This document shows positions 1 to 9,158 of a DNA stretch of 64,000 nucleotides, one piece after another (position 1 is the first letter of the stretch; each line of letters starts with the position of its first letter). The DNA comes from Candidatus Helarchaeota archaeon (GTDB lineage Archaea; Asgardarchaeota; Lokiarchaeia; Helarchaeales; RDOG01), in the NCBI GenBank assembly GCA_019058315.1, contig JAHPZH010000004.1, forward strand, positions 160,001-224,000. Reading direction: 5' to 3'. Position numbers and translations under genes: made by a program. The notes under the pieces are model-generated. The model saw nothing but the letters and a program-made list of their open reading frames with translations. It was not told where the DNA came from and did no database searches.

Positions 1-540
1 TCTATAAAAATTGAACTCAGTTTTAAATTTAGCTATCGCTTTGGTCACTCTATCGGTTACTAAAATGGATGCTTGAACGTCTACTACATCATAATATATG
101 GATATATTGCCAAAGGCACCGCTCCAAATACCTCTTTCAAAACCTTGGTCTAAAATCACTATACCTTGACTAACCCCTGTCCGAATAAGATATATATCTA
201 GAATCAATGCTGAAAAATGATCTGGTGTTTGTAATACTATCGTAAATGGAGAATCCACTTCTCTTAAAATATTTATAAACTCTTGAGAGAGATCATTTTC
301 AGGGTCTCCTTCGGATGTATCAGCGTCGACAGCAATTAAATATGCCCATTCTTGATCCATCCAGATTTTAATATCATCTGGTATAAATCGATCTGGTATT
401 TTATTCAAATTCGGTAGCCCGATAGCACAAATTACAACTAATGGTAAAAGAAATAGTATAATTAAAGCGATCTTATCTTTAAAAAGTGCTTCTAGCTCTT
501 TTTTTATTAAGGCAGATACGCGTCTGAATCCCTTCTTCAA
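1..540 (-). CDS. ABC-2 type transporter permease (partial, runs off window start)
   Basis: Manual translation from TTG at 540: MKKGFRRVSALIKKELEALFKDKIALIILFLLPLVVICAIG, the typical ABC-2 permease N-terminus. Divergent from an ABC ATPase. Confidence 0.85.
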   Translation of the reverse strand, partial: MKKGFRRVSALIKKELEALFKDKIALIILFLLPLVVICAIGLPNLNKIPDRFIPDDIKIWMDQEWAYLIAVDADTSEGDPENDLSQEFINILREVDSPFTIVLQTPDHFSALILDIYLIRTGVSQGIVILDQGFERGIWSGAFGNISIYYDVVDVQASILVTDRVTKAIAKFKTEFNFYR

Positions 541-609
541 TCTTAATCAACTCATTTCTTAATAAAAAATATATTGTGAAAATACCACTATTAAAGTGTT
601 GATTCGAAT

Positions 610-2490
610 ATGAAAAAAAGAATTTTTAAGATTAATCAAATTGCAAAAACTTTGGGGGTTGAACCTCAAAAGATTGCGAATATCCTAAGGGATATTGTTG
701 TTAGTGGAGAAGGTTATGGATTTTTAGACGAATTTGATATGACATTTTATCAATTCACTAATATTGAATATCAAAATTTAATAACTAAATTCAATAATTC
801 AAAGTTTACATTAGCTGAAGGAATTGAAATTGTTTTAAAACTAATTAAAGATTTTAAAGTAGACATAGATACCTTAAAGCGAATTTTATTATTTTTTATC
901 GACAATCAGCAAATAAAAGGTATTTTTAATAATAAAACAACTGAATTTATTTCACTTAATTTTTTATACCAGAACATTCTTCGTTCACTATTTAATATGG
1001 GAAAAATCAGTCCAAAGGAATTGGCAGATGAATATAAAGTTCCAGAAGACACTATCCGAGAAGTTATTATCGATCTTCAAAGTAGCAATAAAATAAAAGG
1101 AATTTACATTAATGAAGGTAAAGATTATATAATTTACGAGACCTTAAAGAATGAAATACTTAAATTAATCGATCAAGAATTTGGAATGACAATCTCCTTA
1201 ATTTCTTCGCAGTTAAATGTCTCTGAGGAAGTAATTTCAAAAACAATTGATGATATGTTATTTAATGAATTAATATTTATACAAACTACACCAGTTGGAA
1301 ATGAAATTCAGTACATTACACATAGAAAAATTAGTGAGGAAATTCTAGCTGCTTTAAAAATGAATGATCGAAAAAACCTCGTTGAAATTGCTACTAGATT
1401 CAATATTCCCTTAGATAAAGCTAAAGAGATTCTCTATGACCTTATAGCTCAAGGTCGCATAGTAGGTTATATTGATGATAGAAATAATGAATTTATTCAA
1501 CAATATAAATTAGTCGTATCTCCATTAGAATCCTCTGCACCTCTCAATACTATTTTGCTTGTTGATAATGTTATGGTGAAAACAAAATCTAAGGTAATAA
1601 TAGAAAACATTTCTTTTTACTTACAAGAAAAAAAGATTTTAGGTATAGTCGGACCATCAGGAACTGGAAAATCAACATTTCTCAAAGCAATAATCGGCCA
1701 GTTGCCTTTAGCAAATGGAAAAATTACGATTGCAGGTTATAATACTAAAGATATGGGAAGCATCAGTAAAATTATGGGATATGTTCCTCAAGATTTAAGC
1801 ACAATCTATCCAAATTTTTCAATATTAAAAAATATGGAGCACTTCGGGAAACAATATGATTTAAATCTTAAAGAAATCACGAAAAGAGGAAAAAAAATCT
1901 TAAAAGAATTAAAAATCAGAGACTTAGCTGATGAGTTAGTAAAAAACTTAAGTGGAGGAGAAAAACGCAGAGCCTCTATAGCAATAAGTATAGTCCATTA
2001 TCCAAAAATCTTATTTTTAGATGAACCCACAAGTGGATTAGATCCTGTTCTAAGAAAAGAGTTTTGGAAAACTCTTATCAAACTCAATGAAAATTATAAT
2101 ATGACTCTAGTGGTTGTTACACATTATCCGGATGAATTACAATTCGTATCAAAAGCTGTTCTATTTGCAAAAAAGGAAGGATCTGGAAAAATCGTTGCAG
2201 TTGGTACTCCTAAAGAATTAATTTCATCATTACCTGGTGGAGGTAGAGTAATTTTAATTGAATTAAAACAGCCAATTAAGGATAGTTTAAAAATCTTAAA
2301 ACAGATTACAAATATTGATGCAATCCTTGAAGAAAGGAAAAATGAAAAATTTAGAATATTTACTGATCAACCAATGAAAGAAGTAGTAAACTTAATTGTA
2401 AATAATTTAAAATTATCAAGTATCAGAAATATTAGTCAAGTTGAAGCAAATATGGTTGATTTTTTTAGGTTAAAAGTTGAAAACCAATAA
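610..2490 (+). CDS. ABC transporter ATP-binding protein with N-terminal array of five winged-helix (PCI-like) repeats
   Basis: GPSGTGKS Walker A, LSGGEKRR signature, LFLDEPTSGLD Walker B/D-loop, VTH H-loop. The first ~300 aa are ~60-aa wH-like repeats. Confidence 0.9.
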   Translation: MKKRIFKINQIAKTLGVEPQKIANILRDIVVSGEGYGFLDEFDMTFYQFTNIEYQNLITKFNNSKFTLAEGIEIVLKLIKDFKVDIDTLKRILLFFIDNQQIKGIFNNKTTEFISLNFLYQNILRSLFNMGKISPKELADEYKVPEDTIREVIIDLQSSNKIKGIYINEGKDYIIYETLKNEILKLIDQEFGMTISLISSQLNVSEEVISKTIDDMLFNELIFIQTTPVGNEIQYITHRKISEEILAALKMNDRKNLVEIATRFNIPLDKAKEILYDLIAQGRIVGYIDDRNNEFIQQYKLVVSPLESSAPLNTILLVDNVMVKTKSKVIIENISFYLQEKKILGIVGPSGTGKSTFLKAIIGQLPLANGKITIAGYNTKDMGSISKIMGYVPQDLSTIYPNFSILKNMEHFGKQYDLNLKEITKRGKKILKELKIRDLADELVKNLSGGEKRRASIAISIVHYPKILFLDEPTSGLDPVLRKEFWKTLIKLNENYNMTLVVVTHYPDELQFVSKAVLFAKKEGSGKIVAVGTPKELISSLPGGGRVILIELKQPIKDSLKILKQITNIDAILEERKNEKFRIFTDQPMKEVVNLIVNNLKLSSIRNISQVEANMVDFFRLKVENQ

Positions 2491-2709
2491 TTATATTTAT
2501 AATAAATAAAATTTTTTGTAATATAGGAGAATTATATTTTAAAAAATCGATTGCTGATATAAATGACAAAAAAAAATGGAGCTAATATAAAAAAACTGAA
2601 AAAAATACAGAAAGATACCTCAAAAATTAAGAAAAAAAATAAAAATATTATTCAAAAATTTTAAAAATTAATTTAATCAAATTTGAATAAATTTCTGAGA
2701 GTTTTTAAA

Positions 2710-2901
2710 ATGGCTGAAGAAGAAACAAAAGTTGAGGAAGTAGAAGAGGAAAAAGTCCTTTGCGATAGTTGTGAATGGTATTTATTAAAGGGTAAAAAGC
2801 CCAAATGTAAATATGTGAAAGAAAAAGACAGAATAAATATGCTTAAATCTGGTATTAAATGTCCAGAATATTTATTAGCACACCGTTTACAAGTGGAATA
2901 A
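2710..2901 (+). CDS. Small acidic four-Cys (putative Zn-binding) protein
   Basis: ATG at 2710; CDSC...C...CPEY pattern; coding-like composition. Confidence 0.6.
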   Translation: MAEEETKVEEVEEEKVLCDSCEWYLLKGKKPKCKYVKEKDRINMLKSGIKCPEYLLAHRLQVE

Positions 2902-2908
2902 GCTAATT

Positions 2909-4009
2909 TCAATAATAATTATTTAATTCATTTTCAATTTTCTTTAAATATTCTTTATTTAGATCATTTGACAGTTCAATACCTTTAATTCCGAAATGTG
3001 TCGCAGCTATTATTCCTGCAGCAGCTATTTCCTCACGTTCTAATGCATTTTCTCTTTTACCTCTTTGCGCCCTCATAATATTCATTTTATTCAGCATTTC
3101 ACCCATCATTTGCGCTACATCGAAGTTTAGCTTGTTCTTCTCACAAAAAATAGCAATTTGGTGAACATCATAATGAGATAAAGAAGTAAATGCTGATTGT
3201 AAATAATTCTTTAAATTCATATTATCTAATTCACATTCGATGGCAGTCCAGTTTTGTATTGATGATGATCTTCTTAAAAATATCATCTCGAGAGGGACGT
3301 CTAATTCTTTCAATAACCGAATTACTCGATCAGTGATCATATTATTTCTCTTACGTACAGTTAATACTATAAACATTTGTAGACCATAGGGTTTGTTATA
3401 TTTTTGCATATAGAATCCACGCTGTTGCAAACTGGCAAGAATTTCAACATTAATCGATTTTATTTCACTAACTGGTTCATCATATCCGCATTTAAGAAAA
3501 ACCATGTTACCTCTTTTTGGTTTAAAGTGGCGAACACAGAAACCCAATACTGAGCGTTGATTTGATATAATAAATTCTTTAAGTCCATGAATTGAAGGTG
3601 AAATTTTATTACTCTCTAAATCTCTCTCATCTAGGGTTATATAATCATCCTCTCTTCCAAAGCATAATCTAATCCCTCTAATACGTAAATTAACCCTTTC
3701 TCCCAGAACTGATCTTATTTTTTCATTAAGGGGAAAAACTTCCTTATCTAATATCGCTCTTTCACCTATGATTTCTTCATAAGGTTGCATTTCAAATTCC
3801 TTAATAAAATTTTGAATAGGAGCCTCAGAAGAAGAGACATAAATTTTATAATCATGCAAATTTTTCTTAATTATAAATGTGGTTTTCAGTTCGGTATCAA
3901 TGACTGATATACTAGTCGATTTATCTATCTGTCCCCTAAATTCATTCTTAATATAATCCACTTTGCTCATCTTTTCCTCTTCTCTATCTCTAGGTTTCTT
4001 TCTAAACAT
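2909..4009 (-). CDS. Hypothetical protein with possible C-terminal TFIIB/cyclin-like helical repeat
   Basis: 366-aa ORF with upstream GTGGTG SD-like site. IAIFCEKNKLNFDVAQ...RGK...IAAAGIIAA resembles a TFB cyclin box. Confidence 0.6.
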   Translation of the reverse strand: MFRKKPRDREEEKMSKVDYIKNEFRGQIDKSTSISVIDTELKTTFIIKKNLHDYKIYVSSSEAPIQNFIKEFEMQPYEEIIGERAILDKEVFPLNEKIRSVLGERVNLRIRGIRLCFGREDDYITLDERDLESNKISPSIHGLKEFIISNQRSVLGFCVRHFKPKRGNMVFLKCGYDEPVSEIKSINVEILASLQQRGFYMQKYNKPYGLQMFIVLTVRKRNNMITDRVIRLLKELDVPLEMIFLRRSSSIQNWTAIECELDNMNLKNYLQSAFTSLSHYDVHQIAIFCEKNKLNFDVAQMMGEMLNKMNIMRAQRGKRENALEREEIAAAGIIAATHFGIKGIELSNDLNKEYLKKIENELNNYY

Positions 4010-4256
4010 TTAACATTACACCACGATAAAAAATAACATATAAATGCCAAATTTATGTTATTTGTATATTTAATAATTCCAAATATTATGTTTTTTTTTC
4101 CTTAGTTACTTATATCATTTATTCTTTAAGTAATTTATAGAATTTAATTTTTTAAATAAGTGCAATGGAAAACGAGATAAGATTAAAAGAGATAAAAAAA
4201 AATAATTAAGGATAAAATTTGATTTTTTAGATTTTTGAAGAGCAAGATAAGGAGAT

Positions 4257-4967
4257 ATGGTCATTAATTTGAAAAACCAACATTATCCGACGGGTTGTAA
4301 ATGTATTGATAATTTACTAGGAGGAGGTTTCGAATCACAAATAGTTAATCATATTTATGGTGAATCAGGGACTGGTAAATCAATAATTACTCTCCAATGC
4401 GCCTATAAGGCTGCATTAAAAGGTTTTACAACATTTTATATAGATACTGAAAAGGCATTTTCTGCAACTAGGCTTAAACAAATAGCTCAAAATAATTTCT
4501 CTAAAATTGGAAAGTTGATTTTCGTCTATGCTCCTTTAAATTTTTCCCAACAAATGAAAATCATTCAAAAATTAGAGAAATTTATAACTAAAAATGTAAA
4601 AATAATCATATTAGATACCATTTCTGCGTTATATTCGGCAAGTTTTGGAATTGATGACTCGAAGAGAAATTATAAACTTAGTAAACAACTAAACCATCAA
4701 ATGGCAGAATTAGTTAGATTAGCAGAAAACTACGATCTTGCTATATTAGTTAATAATCAAGTTAGAAGTAGAATTTCTGCTGAAGATCCTCAGAGAATAG
4801 TACCATTTAATAGAAATATTTTAGATCACTGGTGTAAAGTCCAATTATTTTTGACTTTTCCTGAGAAAATGGATATGAAAAAACGGGAAGCAATATTAAC
4901 AAAACATTACAATCAACAAGATGAAAAATCTTGTTCATTTATTATTTCTAATGAAGGATGTCAATAA
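4257..4967 (+). CDS. radB: DNA repair and recombination protein RadB
   Basis: TGCKCIDNLLGGG, GESGTGKS, YIDTE, IILD, NNQVR and a late KH motif. Short RecA core without the RadA N-terminal domain. Confidence 0.85.
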   Translation: MVINLKNQHYPTGCKCIDNLLGGGFESQIVNHIYGESGTGKSIITLQCAYKAALKGFTTFYIDTEKAFSATRLKQIAQNNFSKIGKLIFVYAPLNFSQQMKIIQKLEKFITKNVKIIILDTISALYSASFGIDDSKRNYKLSKQLNHQMAELVRLAENYDLAILVNNQVRSRISAEDPQRIVPFNRNILDHWCKVQLFLTFPEKMDMKKREAILTKHYNQQDEKSCSFIISNEGCQ

Positions 4968-4971
4968 TAAA

Positions 4972-5697
4972 ATGGACCCAGAATCGATGAAACCATATGG
5001 AATGGCTCTTCTTGACTATTTTAATGGGGATACTTCATCAAAAGTTATAGCATATAGAGATGATGGTTATACGGATGAACTTATGATAGATTCATTTTTA
5101 CGTGAGCCCCAAGATTTTTTACCTTTAGAAAATATTGCTTTAAATCTTTGTTATGGTCGAATCCTCGATATAGGTGCAGGAGCTGGACCTCATAGTATTT
5201 TTCTTCAAAATAAAGGATTAAAAGTTTGTGCGATTGATATCTCCCCAGAAGCTTGTGCAGTCATGAAAAAAAGGGGAGTCAAAAATGTATATTGTATTGA
5301 TGCTTTAAAGTTCAAAGCAGAGCCCTTCGATTCAATCATTATACTTGGGCGTAGTATTGTAATGGTTGGAACTCTAAAGGGCTTAGATTTGTTTTTAGAA
5401 GATGTTCATCGGTTGATAAAGCCTAATGGACAAATTTTACTAAATTCCTTGGATGTTAGATATACAGATAATCCAATACATTTGGCTTACCAGGAGAAAA
5501 ATAAAAAAGCTGGTCGTTATATTGGTGAACTTAAGATTCAATTTGAATACAAAGGAAAGAAGGGTCCTTTTTTTGAATTATTACACGTAGATCCGAAAAC
5601 ACTTATTAGTCACGCATTAGAAAAAAGCTGGCATTGTAAAATCATTCATAAAGAAAAAGATGGTAATTATCTTGCACAATTAAACCCAATACAATAG
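4972..5697 (+). CDS. Class I SAM-dependent methyltransferase
   Basis: ILDIGAGAG motif I and AIDISP motif II. ATG at 4972 avoids overlap with radB. Confidence 0.85.
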   Translation: MDPESMKPYGMALLDYFNGDTSSKVIAYRDDGYTDELMIDSFLREPQDFLPLENIALNLCYGRILDIGAGAGPHSIFLQNKGLKVCAIDISPEACAVMKKRGVKNVYCIDALKFKAEPFDSIIILGRSIVMVGTLKGLDLFLEDVHRLIKPNGQILLNSLDVRYTDNPIHLAYQEKNKKAGRYIGELKIQFEYKGKKGPFFELLHVDPKTLISHALEKSWHCKIIHKEKDGNYLAQLNPIQ

Positions 5698-5706
5698 AAA
5701 TTTTGG

Positions 5707-6249
5707 CTAAAACGTTTTTTCTATAATAAATTCACAGCAATTCTCTCCTCTTAGTTCACATTTATTCTCCACACAGATATATTTCTCCCCTGTTATTTGT
5801 TCCATAACATTTTCAAAAACACCACGAATGATATGACACCAACTATGTGAATTTTTTGACCCTGGAAGAGAAAATGGGGAGTTGAAAATTTGTATAATTT
5901 TTCTATCAGGATTATTTTCCTGGATCACCCATTTTCCGCCAATCCATTCTTGGAAGTTCATAATAAATGCCGAGAGTTCTGTCATATAAGGAATAAATTT
6001 TATCGCTAAATAATTTTTACCATAATGATACAAAATTTCATAAGTTCCATAACCCATTACATTTATCATTGATTCCAAAAGTGCATTAAATCTTTCAATT
6101 GTTATGGATTGTGTTTTTAACGTTTTGACACCTATAAATTCATCTAATTTTGCAATTTTTAAAATAGAATTTAAACCATCAATGCCCATAAAGTCATTTA
6201 AAGCTGATATTATAGATGAAAAGACGATACCACTTATCTCTTTTTTCAA
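5707..6249 (-). CDS. V4R-domain protein
   Basis: CHIIRGVFE...ENKCELRGENCCEF V4R signature. Confidence 0.85.
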   Translation of the reverse strand: MKKEISGIVFSSIISALNDFMGIDGLNSILKIAKLDEFIGVKTLKTQSITIERFNALLESMINVMGYGTYEILYHYGKNYLAIKFIPYMTELSAFIMNFQEWIGGKWVIQENNPDRKIIQIFNSPFSLPGSKNSHSWCHIIRGVFENVMEQITGEKYICVENKCELRGENCCEFIIEKTF

Positions 6250-6386
6250 AATTAATACCTATTAACATCATTTAATATTTGATATTAAAATCAAAGCCAA
6301 TTAAATTATTTATTAGTTTTTATTTCTTTAGATTACAGAAAAAGGATAATTAATGTTGAATTATAAAAAATTCGTTATTCTTATAA

Positions 6387-6956
6387 TTAGACATCTGCAG
6401 AATATAATTTCACACCTTTCTGGGAAATAAAATATTCAATGAGGACAAACGAAAGAAGAATTAACGCAATTCCCACAGCTAGATAAGAATAAGCAGATTT
6501 GGGACGGTAGAAATGTCTAGTCGATTGATAAATAAATATAACACCACATGCTCCAATCATGATAACAATTGAAGCCACTATACCCTCTATAGCAAATTGT
6601 TCATGAAGATCAGCCCAAAAGAATACAGGAATTATTCGTTTGGTCTGGTCTTCTTGTTTATAATTCAAGGGTATTGTATTTCGAGTAATATCATAAAGAA
6701 ACCCGGCTATTAAGAATGCAAAAACTACGATAAAAACAGCAAAAATTACATTTCTACTCGGAACTGGAATTTTAGGGGCTTTTGGTAGTTGCATTTTAAT
6801 TTTAGGTTTATGAATTAATCGCTCAGGCCATGGTAAGTTTTGTTGATACCATGATTTCTTCCCTAAACTTTTTAAAGATTGTTTAAATCCTTTTTTTTCT
6901 TTAACAATTTCCTCGGATTTAGATTTATTCATACTAGACTTTTTCTTTTTCTCCAT
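6387..6956 (-). CDS. OSTC/DC2-like (OST3/OST6 family) oligosaccharyltransferase accessory subunit
   Basis: Three TM helices. PS..V...GFLYD, PVFF...EQFAIEGIVAS and LLSF...F...K match the eukaryotic OSTC/DC2 pattern as I recall it (GGIIYD, PVAF, QYIMEGLASS, LLSF). Confidence 0.8.
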   Translation of the reverse strand: MEKKKKSSMNKSKSEEIVKEKKGFKQSLKSLGKKSWYQQNLPWPERLIHKPKIKMQLPKAPKIPVPSRNVIFAVFIVVFAFLIAGFLYDITRNTIPLNYKQEDQTKRIIPVFFWADLHEQFAIEGIVASIVIMIGACGVIFIYQSTRHFYRPKSAYSYLAVGIALILLSFVLIEYFISQKGVKLYSADV

Positions 6957-7172
6957 TTAATTGAGAGCTCCATAGAAAATCAATTATTATTGTTATTATT
7001 ATACCGACTTTTATTAAATTAATTACTAAAAAGATATGGCAAAATGTAATATTTCAAACTTATGGTAAATTCAGTAAAAGGTAAGAAAATAGATCAAAAA
7101 TTTTGATTATGAATTTAATTCTTATTATAATCTTATTAAAAATGATAAAATATTGAAGGTTATTTCCTTAGT

Positions 7173-8366
7173 GTGTGGTATATATTGATAAAAAAAGAAA
7201 GAATAAAAAGAATTATATCAAAACTTCAAGAAATAGAAAAATTTAAGAATCAAGATTTAAAAATAGGAATAGCTCCAGGTAGAATTAATTTAATAGGTGA
7301 ACATACAGATTATAATGAGGGATTTGTATTTCCTTGCGCAGTCTCTAGAGAAAATATTATGGCTGCAATTCCTTCTGAAACTCAAAAAATAAAAATTTAT
7401 TCATTAAATTACAGCGAATTTTTACAATTCTCCTTGGATGAATTGAAACTTACTGGAAATTGGATAGATTATATAAAAGGTGTTGTTTTTTATCTAAAAG
7501 AATACGGATATAAAATAAAGGGGATGACGGGTGTCCTTCATAGTACTGTTTCTATAGGAGGAGGATTAAGTTCATCTGCCGCATTAGAAGTAGTTACAGC
7601 CTATTTATTCAAATTATTATATAATTTAGAAATTGATTATAAAGAACTGGCTTTAATTTGTTACAAAGCAGAACGAAATTTTATGAATATTTCATGTGGA
7701 ATTATGGATCAATTTATTTCAACTCTTGGAAAGGAAAATTGTTTTCTCTTTCTTGATTGTCGTCCTCCATATAGCTATGAACAAATCGTATTACCACGAC
7801 AAGATGTAAGAATGGTAATTATGGATACCAAAATACATCATGCAGCAAGTAAAATCTTAAATATCAGAAGAAAGGAATGTTCTAAAGGAGTGGAAATAAT
7901 TCGAAATAAAACAGGTATAAATTTTAAATCCTTAAGAGATATTTCAATAGAAGAATTTGAAAAATTCACAGATTTCTTACCACAACCAATAAAAAACAGA
8001 TGTGAACATGTTATTAATGAAAATCAAAGAGTCCTTAATGCGAAAGAAGCAATTAAAGTTGGAGATTTTAAACTTTTAGGAAATTTAATGTACAAATCTC
8101 ATTATAGTTTGGATACATTATATGAGGTAAGTTCTAAAGAATTAAATACTATGGTTCAAATTGCAAAAGATATAGAAGGTGTTATTGGAGCTAGAATGAC
8201 TGGAGCCGGTCTAGGCGGGTGTGCGTGCTGTATATGTTACGAATGGGCTATAGAAGAGTTAATTAATAAAGCAAAAAATGTTTATGAAAAGACTTATGGA
8301 ATAAAACCTGCTATTTATGCGTGTAACATAAGTGATGGGGCGAGAGAATTAAAAAATATAGAATAA
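7173..8366 (+). CDS. galK: Galactokinase
   Basis: APGRINLIGEHTDYN, GLSSSAA, CGIMDQ, GARMTGAGLGG. True start may be TTG 7185. Confidence 0.95.
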   Translation: MWYILIKKERIKRIISKLQEIEKFKNQDLKIGIAPGRINLIGEHTDYNEGFVFPCAVSRENIMAAIPSETQKIKIYSLNYSEFLQFSLDELKLTGNWIDYIKGVVFYLKEYGYKIKGMTGVLHSTVSIGGGLSSSAALEVVTAYLFKLLYNLEIDYKELALICYKAERNFMNISCGIMDQFISTLGKENCFLFLDCRPPYSYEQIVLPRQDVRMVIMDTKIHHAASKILNIRRKECSKGVEIIRNKTGINFKSLRDISIEEFEKFTDFLPQPIKNRCEHVINENQRVLNAKEAIKVGDFKLLGNLMYKSHYSLDTLYEVSSKELNTMVQIAKDIEGVIGARMTGAGLGGCACCICYEWAIEELINKAKNVYEKTYGIKPAIYACNISDGARELKNIE

Positions 8367-8496
8367 TGATAACTATTTGAAAATTAAATTGAATTCTTGA
8401 ATTTAACATTATTATATATTATTTAAATATCAGTAAAATAGAAATAGTAATATTTCAAAATCAAAACAATTTCATCATAATTAAAAATCACGAGAG

Positions 8497-9090
8497 TTGA
8501 GGAATTTGGATGAGTATGATCAGTTTGATATAGAGTATGCAAAAAGATTAATTTTAAGAGGATTAATAGGTGCAGGTATTGCAATTATATTAAGTGCAAT
8601 TGCTTATTTATTAGTATTACGAGAAAATGCATTTAGAATTTTTAAAGGTGTAATGCAATTTCAACAAAATTTCGTTAATGTCGTAAATCCTGTAATAGTT
8701 ACAGGCTTAATTGTGTTAACAATGTCTTTAGTTTCACCCACCACAGTTTTTTTACCTGTTTTTAGCCAAGCAGATGCCGTTCCACTAGCTATAGCGGCAG
8801 TTTTAATTTGGATTATTGTCGGAACTATCATGGGTCTCATTTCTAAAAATAGTTGGAAAGGTGCTGAAGCTGCTTTTTGGTCTACATTAATGACTTTCGT
8901 GTTAGCAGTAATATTAGCTCTTATTGCGGTTTTTAATATTGGACTTTTATTAGGTGGAACTTTAGCTGCATTCGGATGGTTTCTTGTAATAGTTGGCTCG
9001 GCCTATCTTGCTGCGCTTACGTTTGGTATTTCATTGGTATTTGGTTTTATCGGCGGATATATTGGATCAAAAATATTTGAAGAATATTAA
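8497..9090 (+). CDS. Multi-pass membrane protein of unknown function
   Basis: About five hydrophobic Gly-rich helices; ends GFIGGYIG. Confidence 0.75.
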   Translation: MRNLDEYDQFDIEYAKRLILRGLIGAGIAIILSAIAYLLVLRENAFRIFKGVMQFQQNFVNVVNPVIVTGLIVLTMSLVSPTTVFLPVFSQADAVPLAIAAVLIWIIVGTIMGLISKNSWKGAEAAFWSTLMTFVLAVILALIAVFNIGLLLGGTLAAFGWFLVIVGSAYLAALTFGISLVFGFIGGYIGSKIFEEY

Positions 9091-9158
9091 AATTTCTTTA
9101 TTGAATTGAGTAAGACGAAGAAATAACTTATTAAAAAAAACTGGTTCAATCCATTTTT

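Noticed and set aside
4921-4971. Apparent radB/methyltransferase overlap
   Set aside because: It disappears when the methyltransferase starts at ATG 4972.
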